Shown one piece after another: positions 25,264 through 35,202 of a stretch of DNA of 64,000 nucleotides. Under the pieces are notes generated by a model, which made no database searches, had not been told where the DNA came from, and saw nothing but the letters and a program-made list of their open reading frames with translations. The stretch's first letter is position 1, and the number at the start of each line of letters is the position of its first letter. The stretch comes from Thermoanaerobaculia bacterium (lineage in GTDB: Bacteria > Acidobacteriota > Thermoanaerobaculia > Gp7-AA8): NCBI GenBank assembly GCA_044866315.1, contig JBIOTX010000088.1, forward strand, positions 4,210 through 68,209, given 5' to 3'. The translations under genes were made by a program, and so were the position numbers.

Positions 25264-26454
25264 TCATTCAGATGCAACAGCGACGTTACGGGTCTGCGTC
25301 GCTCTCGTTCGCCACAGGACAAGTGTCGCGCCCAGGAGACCCAGGACGGCGCAGGCGATCCAGAGCATCGCCGGACTCCGGGCGTACAGCTGCGTGCCCG
25401 CCGTCGGTCCGATGAGCAGGCCGAGGGACCACATCAGATGGAGCAGGCCCATGTAGCGGCCGCGGTACTCCGGCGGCGCCAGTCCGGCCACGTATGCAGC
25501 CGCGACGGGCGCGAAGATCATCTCTCCGATGGTCCAGATCACGACCGTCGCCGCGAGCATCGGGATCGTCCGCGCCAGACCGGTCAGCGCGTAGCCGATG
25601 CCGACGAGGGCATAGCCGAGGGCGATGATCGGCCGCGCCGCGAGGCGCTGGGTCAGCGAGATCAGCGCCAGCTCGAAGAGCACGATCATGGCTCCATTGA
25701 GCGAGATGAGCGCGCCGTAGGTCGTCGCCGAGAAGCCGAGTCCCTGCACGTACAGCGGCAGCGTGGCCAGGAACTGGAACTCCACGCAAGTCGCGCAGAG
25801 CGTGCCGAGGAGCAGGAGCACGAGGGCGCGGTCGCGCAGCGGCACGCGGATCGACTCGCGCTGCTCCTCGTCCGCCGGCGCGCGGAAGCCGTGCGGCAGA
25901 AAGAGCAGGGCGATCACCCCATAGGCAACCGACGTCAGAGCATCGCCGAAGAAGAGATAGCGGAAATTGCGATCGGCCAGGAAGCCGGCCATGGCCGGCC
26001 CGGCGGCGAAGCCGAGGTTCACGGCGAAGCGGTACATCCCGAACGCGGTGACGCGCTGCTCAGGCGTGACCAGATCGCCGAGGAGGGCGGTGGCGGCCGG
26101 GCGGTAGAGCTCCGCGAAGGCGCCGACGAGGAAGGTGAGGGCGAGGATCGCCAGCCACGCCCGGCTGTACGCGAGCGCGATGAGCAGCACGGCTGAGCCG
26201 AACATCGACAGCGCGATCGTGTGCCGGCGGCCGATGCGGTCCGCCATCTCCCCGCCGAGGGCGGAGGCGACGATGTGCCCCGCGCCGTACGAGCTCACCG
26301 CCAGCCCCGCGCGCGTGGCCGTGAAACCCTGGCGCGTCAGGTAGATCGCCAGGAACGGCATCACGAACGAGCCGAAGCGATTGATGAACGAGCCAGCGAA
26401 GAGGATCCATGCCGTGCGGGGCATGGCGCGGAGATGGGTGAGGACGGATGACAT
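25264..26454 (-). CDS. MFS transporter
   Basis: ORF trimmed to MSSVLTHLRAMPRTAWILFAGSFINRFGSFVMPFLAIYL. Twelve predicted hydrophobic helices. DRIGRR motif in loop 2-3. Confidence 0.85.
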   Translation of the reverse strand: MSSVLTHLRAMPRTAWILFAGSFINRFGSFVMPFLAIYLTRQGFTATRAGLAVSSYGAGHIVASALGGEMADRIGRRHTIALSMFGSAVLLIALAYSRAWLAILALTFLVGAFAELYRPAATALLGDLVTPEQRVTAFGMYRFAVNLGFAAGPAMAGFLADRNFRYLFFGDALTSVAYGVIALLFLPHGFRAPADEEQRESIRVPLRDRALVLLLLGTLCATCVEFQFLATLPLYVQGLGFSATTYGALISLNGAMIVLFELALISLTQRLAARPIIALGYALVGIGYALTGLARTIPMLAATVVIWTIGEMIFAPVAAAYVAGLAPPEYRGRYMGLLHLMWSLGLLIGPTAGTQLYARSPAMLWIACAVLGLLGATLVLWRTRATQTRNVAVASE

Positions 26455-26497
26455 GGAGTTGGTTGGGGTTGAATCGTAACAGCGATATGCTTTTCTC

Positions 26498-27106
26498 ATG
26501 GCGAGAGCCGCTGCACTTCGCGAACACGACGGCACGACCAGCTCCGACCACATCGTCGTCCTCCACGACGTCTCGTGGGACGACTACGAGCGCCTCCTCG
26601 CAATGCGAGGTGATCATTCCGCTCCCCGGATCAGCTACCTGGAGGGAGAGGTCGAGATCATGAGTCCTTCCAAGGATCATGAAATCATCAAGTCCTATAT
26701 CGGACGCCTGCTCGAGGCGTGGTGCATAGACCGCGGCATCGAGCTCACGCCGGCCGGCAGCTGGACCCTCAAAAAGAAAAGCAAACGGCGCGGAGCGGAA
26801 GCCGACGAGTGCTACATCTTCGGCACGAAAGAGCGAGACCGGCCACACCTTGCCATCGAGGTCGAATGGACGCACGGCGGCATCGACAAGCTGGCAATTT
26901 ATGAAAAGCTCGGCGTCGAAGAGGTGTGGTTCTGGCGCAAGGGCGCCATCGAGGTCTATGTCCTCATCGAGGAGAAGTTCAGGAAAGTGCGGCGCAGCCG
27001 GCTCGTTCCTGACCTAGATCTCGAGCTCCTGACATCCATGCTCGATCGCGACACGCTCACGCAGGCGGTGCGCGACTTCCGAAAACTCCTCAGCGAGCGC
27101 GCGTAA
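26498..27106 (+). CDS. Uma2-family (DUF820) PD-(D/E)xK-like endonuclease
   Basis: VSWDDYERLL...RISYLEGEVEIMSPS..H..I...PHLAIEVEWTHG...KLAIYEKLGVEEVWFW. Confidence 0.85.
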   Translation: MARAAALREHDGTTSSDHIVVLHDVSWDDYERLLAMRGDHSAPRISYLEGEVEIMSPSKDHEIIKSYIGRLLEAWCIDRGIELTPAGSWTLKKKSKRRGAEADECYIFGTKERDRPHLAIEVEWTHGGIDKLAIYEKLGVEEVWFWRKGAIEVYVLIEEKFRKVRRSRLVPDLDLELLTSMLDRDTLTQAVRDFRKLLSERA

Positions 27107-27115
27107 CGTCTCACC

Positions 27116-27469
27116 TCATCCCGCGCGCGTCCCATTCGGCACCGGCCGCTCCGGCACGGCCAGCGCGGGCGCGACGCCGTCCGCGTAGCCGAGGTCGAAG
27201 AGCATGCCCTCGGAGACCTCGCCGGCCATCTTGCGCGGCTCGAGGTTCACCACGAACAGCGCCTGCCGGCCTTCGATCTCCTGCGGGTGCTCGCGCTCCT
27301 TCTTGATGCCGGCGAGGATGCGCCGGGTGTGATCGCCGAAGTCGACCACTAGGCGCACGAGCTTGTCCGACTTCGCGACCTCCTCCACGCGCGCGATCGT
27401 TCCGACGCGGATGTCGATCTGCTCGAAGAGGGAGAAGGGGATGGCCGGCTTCACAGGTGCGGGCTGCAT
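27116..27469 (-). CDS. tRNA-binding domain protein (CsaA/EMAP-II-like OB fold)
   Basis: FEQIDIRVGTIARVEEVAKSDKLVRLVVDFGD...ALFVVNLEPRKMAGEVSEGMLF. Confidence 0.85.
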   Translation of the reverse strand: MQPAPVKPAIPFSLFEQIDIRVGTIARVEEVAKSDKLVRLVVDFGDHTRRILAGIKKEREHPQEIEGRQALFVVNLEPRKMAGEVSEGMLFDLGYADGVAPALAVPERPVPNGTRAG

Positions 27470-27548
27470 CCGCCGAGGCTATCACCCGCGCGGACATGTC
27501 CAATAGTGAACGCTGGCGCTGCGGCGTCCCGAGGCACGATGCGGCGAA

Positions 27549-27746
27549 GTGACCGCCACCGCCGAACTGCTGGCCAGCTTGGACGTGGTCGCCGCCGAGA
27601 CCACCCGCATGCTGCGCGTGCTCGACGACGCGGCGCCCACTGCCGACCGTCGCGAAGCCAGGCGGCGCGTCCTCGAGATCCGGGCCAGGGCTCAGGAGCT
27701 GTTCGACTGGATGAGCGAAGTCGGGCTGGAGGCGCCGCGGAACTGA
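27549..27746 (+). CDS. Hypothetical small helical protein
   Basis: 65-aa ORF. Its stop overlaps the start of the next small ORF (TGATG). No family recognised. Confidence 0.35.
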   Translation: MTATAELLASLDVVAAETTRMLRVLDDAAPTADRREARRRVLEIRARAQELFDWMSEVGLEAPRN

Positions 27747-27901
27747 TGCCCGAGCTGGAGCACTGCCCGTACTGCGACGCCTGGTTCGATCCGGCCTCCC
27801 TGGACGAGACGTTCTTTCACGGATTCGGCAACTGCCTCGTGCCGGGCGCGGAGATGCCGCAGACGGGGATACGGGGGGAGCGCGTGGATCCGCAGGGATA
27901 G
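27746..27901 (+). CDS. Hypothetical small Cys/His-containing protein
   Basis: 51-aa ORF MPELEHCPYCDAWFDPASLDETFFHGFGNC, translationally coupled to 27549..27746. Confidence 0.35.
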   Translation: MPELEHCPYCDAWFDPASLDETFFHGFGNCLVPGAEMPQTGIRGERVDPQG

Positions 27902-27908
27902 CGTTCTA

Positions 27909-27971
27909 GGAGTGCGGCGGCGGCAGCCGCCGCTCTTCGATCCCAGAGCGGTGGCTGCGCCACCGCACTCC
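27909..27971. repeat. REP3 family full element (outer stem + two internal hairpins)
   Basis: ggagtgcggcgg-cag-ccgccgc...gcggtgg-ctgcg-ccaccgcactcc. Confidence 0.8.
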
Positions 27972-27979
27972 TAAAAACA

Positions 27980-30900
27980 CTACCAGACGAAATAGCGCGC
28001 CATCATGGCGCGGAACTGCCCCTTCGACGTCGCGCCGACGACGCCGCTCTCCTTCTTCTCCCACTCCTCGCGGGAGAGCACGGTGAGCGTGTCGAGCTTG
28101 CGGGACGTCAGGCTGCGGTTGATGTCGGCGAGCTGCTTGGTGGCGTCGTCGAACCAGGCGGACTTTTTCGCCAGCTCGCTGGCCAGGAGCTCGGCCTCGG
28201 CGAGCTGGGACTCGGTCGGGCGGCCGTCGTAGGTGTTGACGGCGCCGTAGACGGAGCCCAGGCGCTCGCGGAGCTGCTCTTCGCCGGAGAGCCAGCCGCC
28301 TTCCTTCGTCGCCACGAGCGTCTTGTACTGCTCGTCGAGCTTGTTGGCGAAGGTGGTCAGCTTGGTCTTGTCGCCGCCGGAGAGTTTCGCCGCGCGGGCG
28401 TTCGCGTCATCGCGGAGGAGCCGCACGCGCTCGGTGAGGAACGTGAAGTCCGCGAGCATGTCGTACAGACGGCGCACGGTCTTCTGCTGCAACGCGCGGT
28501 CCTCGGCGGTGTAGGTCGCGCGCGGGTCGGGGACGAGGTCGACCGTGGTCGTGTACGTCTCCTTGCCCTTGATGAACTTCACCGTGTACTTGCCGGCCGC
28601 GGCGCGCGGGCCCTGGAAGGCGCCGCCGGAGAAGATGATGGAGCTGCCGGCGGGCATCTTCGGAGCCTTGAGGCGCATCGGCCAGTCGACGCGGTTGATG
28701 CCGCGACGCTTGCCGGCGGGAAGCGTCGAAAGGAGCTTGCCCTCGGCGTCGTAGATCTCGACCTTCGACTCGCCGACGATGTGGCGCTTCTTGAGGTAGT
28801 ACGAGATCGACGCCACGTCGCCCGGCTCGTTGGCCACGTAGAGCGTGTCGCCCTCGGAGCGGCCTTCGAACGCGGGGATGCGCAGCTGCGCCTCGCGCGA
28901 CGGGAGCATGACCACGTCCTTCGCCAGCGCCTCGGTGGTCAGAGCGCGCAGCGGGGTGATGTCGTCCATGATCCAGATGCCGCGGCCGTGCGTGCCGATG
29001 ATGGCGTCGCCGTCGCGCGGGTGGAGCTGCACGTCGTACACCGGGACGGGCGGGAAGTTCTCCTTGAACTGGGCGAAGCTCTTGCCGCCGTCGACGGAGA
29101 TGTACAGACCCATCTCCGTACCCACGAAGAGCAGGTTCGGGTTGACGATGTCCTCGCGGACGACGTGGGCGTGACCCTTCACGTCCGCGGTCGACAGCGC
29201 CTCCCAGGTCTTGCCGGCATCGCGGGTGCGGAAGACGTACGGCTTCATGTCTCCCGTGCGGTGCCCGTCCAGGGCGACGTAGGCGGTGTTCTCGTCGAAG
29301 TGCGAGGCCTCGACGCGCGAGACCCACGTCCGCGCCGGCACGCCCTTGACGTTGCCGACCACGTTCGTCCAGCTCTTGCCGCCGTCGCGCGTGACCTGCA
29401 CATTGCCGTCATCGGTGCCGACCCAGATCACGTTCGCGTTCTTCGGCGACTCCGAGACCGTGATGATGGTCATGTGGTTCTCGGCGCTCGAGTTGTCGGG
29501 AGTGAGGCCGCCGGAGAACTGGTCGCGCTTGCGCGGATCGTTGGTGGTGAGGTCGGGGGAGACCCGCTCCCACGAGTCGCCGCGGTCGCGCGAGCGCATG
29601 AGGAACTGCGAGCCGATGTAGATCGTGCCCTTCTGGGTCGGGCTGGCGTAGATGGGCGTGTTCCAGTTGAAGCGGAGCTTGCCCTCGTCCTTGCCGGCGT
29701 ACGGATAGATCTCCTTGATCTCGCCCGTGGAGCGGCGGAAACGCACCACACGCCCGCCCTGCGACTCGACGTAGACGTAGTCGGGATCGTTGGCGTCCAC
29801 GGTGGCGGCGAATCCGTCGCCGCCGTTGAGCGGCCGCCACTGGTGGTTGGTCACGCCGCCCGGATACTGCGACGGCGCCATCCATGTGCCGTTGTCCTGC
29901 AGGCCGCCGTAGACGTTGTAGGGGCGGTCCATGTCGAAGTTGACGTGGTAGAACTGCGAGACCGGCAGGACGCTGATGTGGCGGAAGTGGCTGCCGCGGT
30001 CGAGCGAGTGATACGCGCCGCCGTCGGTGCCGATGAAGATCTCCTGCGGGTTCTTCGGATTCACCCACAGCGCGTGATGGTCGCCGTGGACGCTGCCGCC
30101 GTCCATGATCGAGCCGCTGAAGGTCTTGCCGCCGTCCTGGCTGAAGGTGAGCATCAGGCCCGGCTTGTAGACCCGGTTGTGATCGGTGGGATCGACGATG
30201 ATGTGGGCGAAGTAGAACGGACGCACCTGGACGTTGAACGAGTCGTTCGTCTCCGCCCAGTGCTCGCCGAAGTCGTCCGAGCGATAGAGCGCGGTCTTCT
30301 TGGCCTCGACCACGGCGTACACCGTGCTCGGGCGCGACGGCGCCACGGCCACGGCGATGCGGCCGTACGGTCCCTTCGGCAGACCGTTGGAGAGCTTCTC
30401 CCAGGTCTCGCCGCCGTCCTTGGTGCGATAGAGCGCGCTGCCCGGGCCGCCGGAGCTGAACAGGTCCGGCTGGCGGCGGAACTGCCACATGCCGGCGTAG
30501 AGGATGTTCGGGTCGCCCGGATCCTGGGTGATGTCGGCGCAGCCGGTGTCCTTGTCGACGTAGAGGACCTTTTTCCAGGTCGCGCCGCCGTCGGTGGTGC
30601 GGAAGACGCCGCGCTCCTCGTTCGCGTCCCAGGCGTGGCCGGCGGCGCAGACGTAGACCGTGTCCGACTTCTTCGGATGCACGGCGATGCGGGCGATGTG
30701 CTCGGTGTCGGCCAGGCCGACGTTCTTCCAGGTCGAACCGCTGTCGGTGGTCTTGTAGACGCCCGTGCCGACGGAGACGCTGTTGCGGACCCAGGACTCG
30801 CCGGTGCCGACCCAGACCGTCTTCGGATTGGACGGGTCGATGGTCACCGCGCCGATCGACTGCGAGTACTCGTCGAAGACCGGCTTGAAGGTCGTGCCGC

Positions 30901-31120
30901 CGTCGGTCGACTTCCACAGGCCGCCGCTCGCGGAGCCGACGTACACCGTGACCGGCGCCTCGGAGGTCGCATCGATCGCGGCGATGCGGCCGCTCATGAC
31001 CGCCGGCCCGATGGCGCGCGCGCGCAGACCGCCGAGGGTGGAGGAGTCGAGCTTGATTTCTTCTTCGGCCGCGAAGAGGGGAAGGGCGAGGATGAGGGTA
31101 GCGAGGATGTGCTTGCGCAA
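27980..31120 (-). CDS. Secreted BNR/Asp-box repeat, sortilin/VPS10-like double beta-propeller protein
   Basis: Signal peptide MRKHILATLILALPLFA. Many Asp-boxes (KSTDGGTTF, KTTDSGSTW, RTTDGGATW, RTKDGGETW, SQDGGKTF, VTRDGGKSW, RTRDAGKTW, ISVDGGKSF). Confidence 0.9.
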   Translation of the reverse strand: MRKHILATLILALPLFAAEEEIKLDSSTLGGLRARAIGPAVMSGRIAAIDATSEAPVTVYVGSASGGLWKSTDGGTTFKPVFDEYSQSIGAVTIDPSNPKTVWVGTGESWVRNSVSVGTGVYKTTDSGSTWKNVGLADTEHIARIAVHPKKSDTVYVCAAGHAWDANEERGVFRTTDGGATWKKVLYVDKDTGCADITQDPGDPNILYAGMWQFRRQPDLFSSGGPGSALYRTKDGGETWEKLSNGLPKGPYGRIAVAVAPSRPSTVYAVVEAKKTALYRSDDFGEHWAETNDSFNVQVRPFYFAHIIVDPTDHNRVYKPGLMLTFSQDGGKTFSGSIMDGGSVHGDHHALWVNPKNPQEIFIGTDGGAYHSLDRGSHFRHISVLPVSQFYHVNFDMDRPYNVYGGLQDNGTWMAPSQYPGGVTNHQWRPLNGGDGFAATVDANDPDYVYVESQGGRVVRFRRSTGEIKEIYPYAGKDEGKLRFNWNTPIYASPTQKGTIYIGSQFLMRSRDRGDSWERVSPDLTTNDPRKRDQFSGGLTPDNSSAENHMTIITVSESPKNANVIWVGTDDGNVQVTRDGGKSWTNVVGNVKGVPARTWVSRVEASHFDENTAYVALDGHRTGDMKPYVFRTRDAGKTWEALSTADVKGHAHVVREDIVNPNLLFVGTEMGLYISVDGGKSFAQFKENFPPVPVYDVQLHPRDGDAIIGTHGRGIWIMDDITPLRALTTEALAKDVVMLPSREAQLRIPAFEGRSEGDTLYVANEPGDVASISYYLKKRHIVGESKVEIYDAEGKLLSTLPAGKRRGINRVDWPMRLKAPKMPAGSSIIFSGGAFQGPRAAAGKYTVKFIKGKETYTTTVDLVPDPRATYTAEDRALQQKTVRRLYDMLADFTFLTERVRLLRDDANARAAKLSGGDKTKLTTFANKLDEQYKTLVATKEGGWLSGEEQLRERLGSVYGAVNTYDGRPTESQLAEAELLASELAKKSAWFDDATKQLADINRSLTSRKLDTLTVLSREEWEKKESGVVGATSKGQFRAMMARYFVW

Positions 31121-31141
31121 GATGAAGTGCTCCTCAAAAGT

Positions 31142-31239
31142 GTGTCATCCCGAGCGGAGTCGAGGGACCTGGGTGGGCGGGTGGCACGCGACGCGCGCCT
31201 CCCGTCCGCCCAGGTCCCTCGCTCACGCTCGGGATGACA
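31142..31239. repeat. REP2 family palindromic element, copy 3
   Basis: gtgtcatcccgagcggagtcgagggacctgggtgggcggg...cccgtccgcccaggtccctcgctcacgctcgggatgaca. Confidence 0.85.
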
Positions 31240-31250
31240 TAGGTGGTTGC

Positions 31251-32012
31251 TTACTTCTTCGGCGCTTCCGCCGCGGCCTTCTTCGCCGGCATCTTGAAGG
31301 CGTCCTCGGCGACGGTCGGGTTCAGCTCGACCTTGTCGAAGGTGATGGTCTGGCCGGCCGGGGCGCCCTTCTGCTTCATCTCCAGCTGCATCGGGAAGAG
31401 CAGGCCGCCGAACTCCTGGTAGTTGCCGAACGTGGCCTCGCCCTCGACGTCCTGGCCCTGGATCTTGCGCTTGGTCTCGGCCTTGATCTCCAGGAACGAG
31501 TCGGTGTCGATGTACACGACGGTCTCGTCGCCGTCCTTGGTGGTCAGCTTGACCTTGTAGGCCGCGGTGCCCTCGGCGTCACCCTTGCCGAGGAGCTCGA
31601 CCTTGTGGCCCTTCTTCGCGTAGTCGATGAAGGGGCCGTCGAAGTCGGCCTGCTCCTTGACCATCTTCAGCTGGTCGGCCGGCATCGGCTCGGCGTCGGT
31701 CTTGCCGAGGAAGGGCATGATCGCCCAGCCGGTGCTGCCGTCGTAGGCCTGCGTGCCGGTCATGCCCTGGATGGTGAACTCCACGCGGAGGTTCTCCGGG
31801 CGCTTCTTGGTCATGGTGAAGGGCGCTTCCATGCCCGGGCCGATGGCCATCTTGCCGCTGAACTTGATGGACTGGATGGCCTTGAGCTTGTCCAGCCCGC
31901 CCTTGGCCTCGGCGTTCTTGGCCAGGATCTCGTCGACGGTCAGCTCGGCCGCCTGCAGCGAGAAGACGCAGAGCAGGGCTGCCGCCAGGGTGAAGAGGGT
32001 GCGTTTACGCAT
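31251..32012 (-). CDS. Outer-membrane lipoprotein-sorting (LolA-like fold) protein
   Basis: Signal peptide MRKRTLFTLAAALLCVFSLQA. ELTVDEILAKNAEAKGGLDKLKAIQS... is typical of the LolA-like 'outer membrane lipoprotein-sorting protein' family. Confidence 0.7.
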   Translation of the reverse strand: MRKRTLFTLAAALLCVFSLQAAELTVDEILAKNAEAKGGLDKLKAIQSIKFSGKMAIGPGMEAPFTMTKKRPENLRVEFTIQGMTGTQAYDGSTGWAIMPFLGKTDAEPMPADQLKMVKEQADFDGPFIDYAKKGHKVELLGKGDAEGTAAYKVKLTTKDGDETVVYIDTDSFLEIKAETKRKIQGQDVEGEATFGNYQEFGGLLFPMQLEMKQKGAPAGQTITFDKVELNPTVAEDAFKMPAKKAAAEAPKK

Positions 32013-32086
32013 GATTTCTCCTTGTTTGGACGTACGTATCCAGGGGTTTAACGAAGTGAATGGAGAAAAGTTGCGGAGAGGCGGTT

Positions 32087-33754
32087 TTACTCCACGATCT
32101 TCGACAGGTTGGTCAGAAACCTGTCGAGCAGAGCCGGATCGAACTGCGTCCCGGAGCCTTCGCGCAGGCGCGTCGTGGCCTGCTGGCGGGGGATGGCCGG
32201 CTGGTAGGCCTGCCGGTTGGTCATGGCCGTCCAGGCATCGGCGATCTGGATGATCCGTGAGGCCAGCGGGATCTGGTTTCCCGAGAGACGGCTCGGGTAG
32301 CCCTTGCCGTCCACGCGCTCGTGATGCCGCAGCACCGCCTGCGCGACTTCCGGGCCGAGCAGCGGCTCGACCAGGGCCGCGCCGACCACGGGGTGCTCGG
32401 CCAGCCCGCGCGTCTCCTCGTCGGTCAGAGCCACCTTCGTGTACATCCGCTCGTAGTCGAGGAGGCGCATCCCCACGTCGTGCACCAGCGCGGCGATGCG
32501 CACGGTCTCCACCTGCGACGCCGGCAGCCCGAGCAGACGTGCGAAGCGCTGGGCGATCATCGCCACCTGGCGGCAGTGGTCGGCCAGGTCGGGGTACTTC
32601 ACGAAGTCGGGCTCGAGCAGGCGCTCGGCGAGCATCTGCCGGTCGCTCCTCCCCGATGCGGCCACGATCGCCGACTCCACGATCGGCTCGAGCTGGCGGA
32701 GGAAGGTCTGCATGCCTTGGCGAGCCTGCTCGTCGCTGGCCCGCTCGAAGGCCACGGTGAGGACCAGCCCTTCGAGCGACTGCGGATTGATCGGCGCGCT
32801 CAGGATCGGCGTCATCGCCCCGGCGGCGAGCGACTCGGAGAGCACCCCGAACGGGTAGACGACGTTGGTGATCGAGGCCATGTGTGGCTGGTTGAGCCGC
32901 TTGAGCCAGCTCTGCACGTGGGTCTGCAGCACCTGGATGGCATCCTCGGCCAGCGTCGACTTCGACGCCGTGGCGATCGGGTTCGAGAAATGGCCGACCA
33001 GGGAAAGGCTGGCCACCGCCGCGTGGGGAATGGCCAGCGCGGCCGGCAGGATCATCCGCATCACGTCGAGGTCTCCCTCGGTGAGCGCGCGCTTACTGCT
33101 CTGCGCGGCGAGCTGCCGCCGGGAGAGGTACTGTTTCGCCGCCTCGATGGCCTTCAGCGCGGCGGAGGAGAAGACCTGTCCCGTCTCCGGCGCTTGTATC
33201 GCGGCGTTGGGTGGGGCTACGCGGCCGGAGGGCAGCACGACCTGCTGCGGGCCCGAAGGGCGCAGGTGCATCGGTTCCTCGACGAGCGCTATGCCGCCGA
33301 GGCCGAAGAGCTTGTTCGAGGCCAGGACCTCGAGCATCTGCTCGCCGATGCGCCGCGCGGCCTCGATGTCCGGCGTGTCGAACGGCTTCTTCGCCGCCTT
33401 GTCGCGCATGTCGATGAAGCCGACCAGGCGCCCGCGCCCGAACAGCGGTGCGGCGAGCAGGCGATCGTTGCCTTGGCGGAAGAGCATCTCCGCGAGGCGC
33501 TGATCCGCGCCGACGCCGTTGACGAAGAACGGATTGCGCTTGACCGTCAGCCGCTCCACCAGCTGGTCGTTCGCCGTGACCACCTTCCGGTCGGCGGGGT
33601 TGTACTGGTAGCTGGTGACCAGCTCGTACTTGCGGGTGTTCAGATCGTGCGAGGCGGAGAGATAGAGCGCGGCCTTGGTCGCCTGTACGTGCTCGACGCA
33701 GCCGTAGAGGATCTGTTTGAGCTGCGCCTCGATGGCCTTGATTTCGGGGAGCAT
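32087..33754 (-). CDS. GAF-domain HD-GYP phosphohydrolase (putative c-di-GMP phosphodiesterase)
   Basis: HD motif AALVHDVGM. HHERVDGKGYPSRL (GYP). N-terminal GAF-like regions. Confidence 0.88.
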   Translation of the reverse strand: MLPEIKAIEAQLKQILYGCVEHVQATKAALYLSASHDLNTRKYELVTSYQYNPADRKVVTANDQLVERLTVKRNPFFVNGVGADQRLAEMLFRQGNDRLLAAPLFGRGRLVGFIDMRDKAAKKPFDTPDIEAARRIGEQMLEVLASNKLFGLGGIALVEEPMHLRPSGPQQVVLPSGRVAPPNAAIQAPETGQVFSSAALKAIEAAKQYLSRRQLAAQSSKRALTEGDLDVMRMILPAALAIPHAAVASLSLVGHFSNPIATASKSTLAEDAIQVLQTHVQSWLKRLNQPHMASITNVVYPFGVLSESLAAGAMTPILSAPINPQSLEGLVLTVAFERASDEQARQGMQTFLRQLEPIVESAIVAASGRSDRQMLAERLLEPDFVKYPDLADHCRQVAMIAQRFARLLGLPASQVETVRIAALVHDVGMRLLDYERMYTKVALTDEETRGLAEHPVVGAALVEPLLGPEVAQAVLRHHERVDGKGYPSRLSGNQIPLASRIIQIADAWTAMTNRQAYQPAIPRQQATTRLREGSGTQFDPALLDRFLTNLSKIVE

Positions 33755-33775
33755 GGGATTTTGGGCGCCTTCAGG

Positions 33776-34243
33776 TTACTCGAATTCGAAGCGGACGCGC
33801 AGCCGGGCGTGGCCGAGCAGGGCGCCGAGGAAGGTGCCGGAGGTGTTCCAGATGACGTCGCCGGCGTCGGCGACGCGCGAGGGCAGGAAGTACTGCCAGG
33901 CCTCGATGGCCAGGGAGAAGGAGAGGCCGAGGAGGACGGTCAGCACGTACGTCTGCAGCGTCGGCCGCTCGACGGTGTAGAAGGTGATGAAGGTGAAGAA
34001 GCCCCAGGGGACGAAGAGCAGGACGTTGGCGATCATCGGTACCACGATCACGGCCAGGATGTGCGTGGAGATCGGCCGCTCGGCGAGGCGTTTGGAGAGA
34101 TAGCGGAGATCGTCGAACGGAAAGGGATCGAGGCTGCTGTAGGACTTGCCCGCCATCCAGATGGTGATGGTGACGATGGCGAGGGTGGTGAGGCCGAGGC
34201 AGAGGAGGGTGACCGGCTTGCGGATGACGACTTCGCGGGGCAC
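33776..34243 (-). CDS. VanZ-family membrane protein
   Basis: C-terminal part of ORF 33776..35254. Start set at the in-frame GTG (34243) just downstream of the TonB-like stop; an alternative ATG is at 34156. Hydrophobic helices and ...NVLLFVPWGFF...DVIWNTSGTFLG. Confidence 0.65.
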   Translation of the reverse strand: MPREVVIRKPVTLLCLGLTTLAIVTITIWMAGKSYSSLDPFPFDDLRYLSKRLAERPISTHILAVIVVPMIANVLLFVPWGFFTFITFYTVERPTLQTYVLTVLLGLSFSLAIEAWQYFLPSRVADAGDVIWNTSGTFLGALLGHARLRVRFEFE

Positions 34244-34260
34244 GAAGGCGAGTTTACGCG

Positions 34261-35202
34261 CTAACGCGATGGCACTTCCATGTTGTAGTAGAAGCTCGCG
34301 ATCACGCGCTCGCTCGGATTGGGAAAGTCCTTCGGCAGCGGGTTGAGGGGCGAGGAGTTCTCGATGGCCCGCTTGGCGGCGTGGTCGTACGGCGGAACGC
34401 CCGACGTCTTGAGGATGGTCACGTCGGTGATGCTGCCGTCGCGCTGGATGGTGAAGCGGATGACCACGTTGCCCTGCATGCCCGTGCGGATGATGGCCGG
34501 CATGATCGAGTACCAGTTCACGCGGATCTTGCTGACCATGGACTGGGCGTAGGGACCCCAGTCGAACCAGGTGGTCTCGAACGAGAGCGGCCCCTGCTCG
34601 GCCCTTCCGCGCTGTCCGCCGAGGCTGCCCACGTCGAACTGGCCGTTGCCGCTGCCGAGGGAGGCGACCTTGCTGACGTCGTCGAAGGCTTTGTCCCAGT
34701 CGGCCATGCCTCGCGGCGCGGCGGAGGCCTGGACCGGCTCGCGGTAGGTGAGGGGGTTGTTGTCCACGGGTGTGGTGCGAGCCTCCGGCTGGCCTTCGAC
34801 GGCGGGGGGAGCCGAAGGCAGGCCAGAGGCCTGCTCCACACCGCGCCGCATCGGCGGCGTGAACTGCCCCCGCCCGTCCCCCGGGCGGTTGGTGGGCATC
34901 TCGCCCGTCGGTTCGGGCATGCTGGCCTTGCGGTTCGCGTCCGAGAGCGGGGCGTCCATGCGCGGGGCGCGGTCGAGCTTCGGGCCGGGCGCCTCGACGA
35001 AGTCCCGGTCCGGGTTCTGCTTGATGAGCTCGACGTACCGGGCGATGGGCACGTTCTCCGTGGCCGGCGCCGAGGGCTTGTACGAGCGGACGAACCAGAT
35101 CACCAGGATCACGTGCAGGACGAGCGAGAACATCGCCGAGAGGCTGATGCCCTGGCGTTTCTGCTCCTCCTCGACGGAGACGAGATCGATTCGTTCCTGC
35201 AT
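34261..35202 (-). CDS. TonB-family energy transducer (N-terminal TM anchor, Pro-rich linker, TonB_C domain)
   Basis: TM helix LSAMFSLVLHVILVIWFV. C-terminus GNVVIRFTIQRDGSITDVTILKTSGVPPYDHAAKRAIENSSPLNPLP. Confidence 0.8.
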   Translation of the reverse strand: MQERIDLVSVEEEQKRQGISLSAMFSLVLHVILVIWFVRSYKPSAPATENVPIARYVELIKQNPDRDFVEAPGPKLDRAPRMDAPLSDANRKASMPEPTGEMPTNRPGDGRGQFTPPMRRGVEQASGLPSAPPAVEGQPEARTTPVDNNPLTYREPVQASAAPRGMADWDKAFDDVSKVASLGSGNGQFDVGSLGGQRGRAEQGPLSFETTWFDWGPYAQSMVSKIRVNWYSIMPAIIRTGMQGNVVIRFTIQRDGSITDVTILKTSGVPPYDHAAKRAIENSSPLNPLPKDFPNPSERVIASFYYNMEVPSR

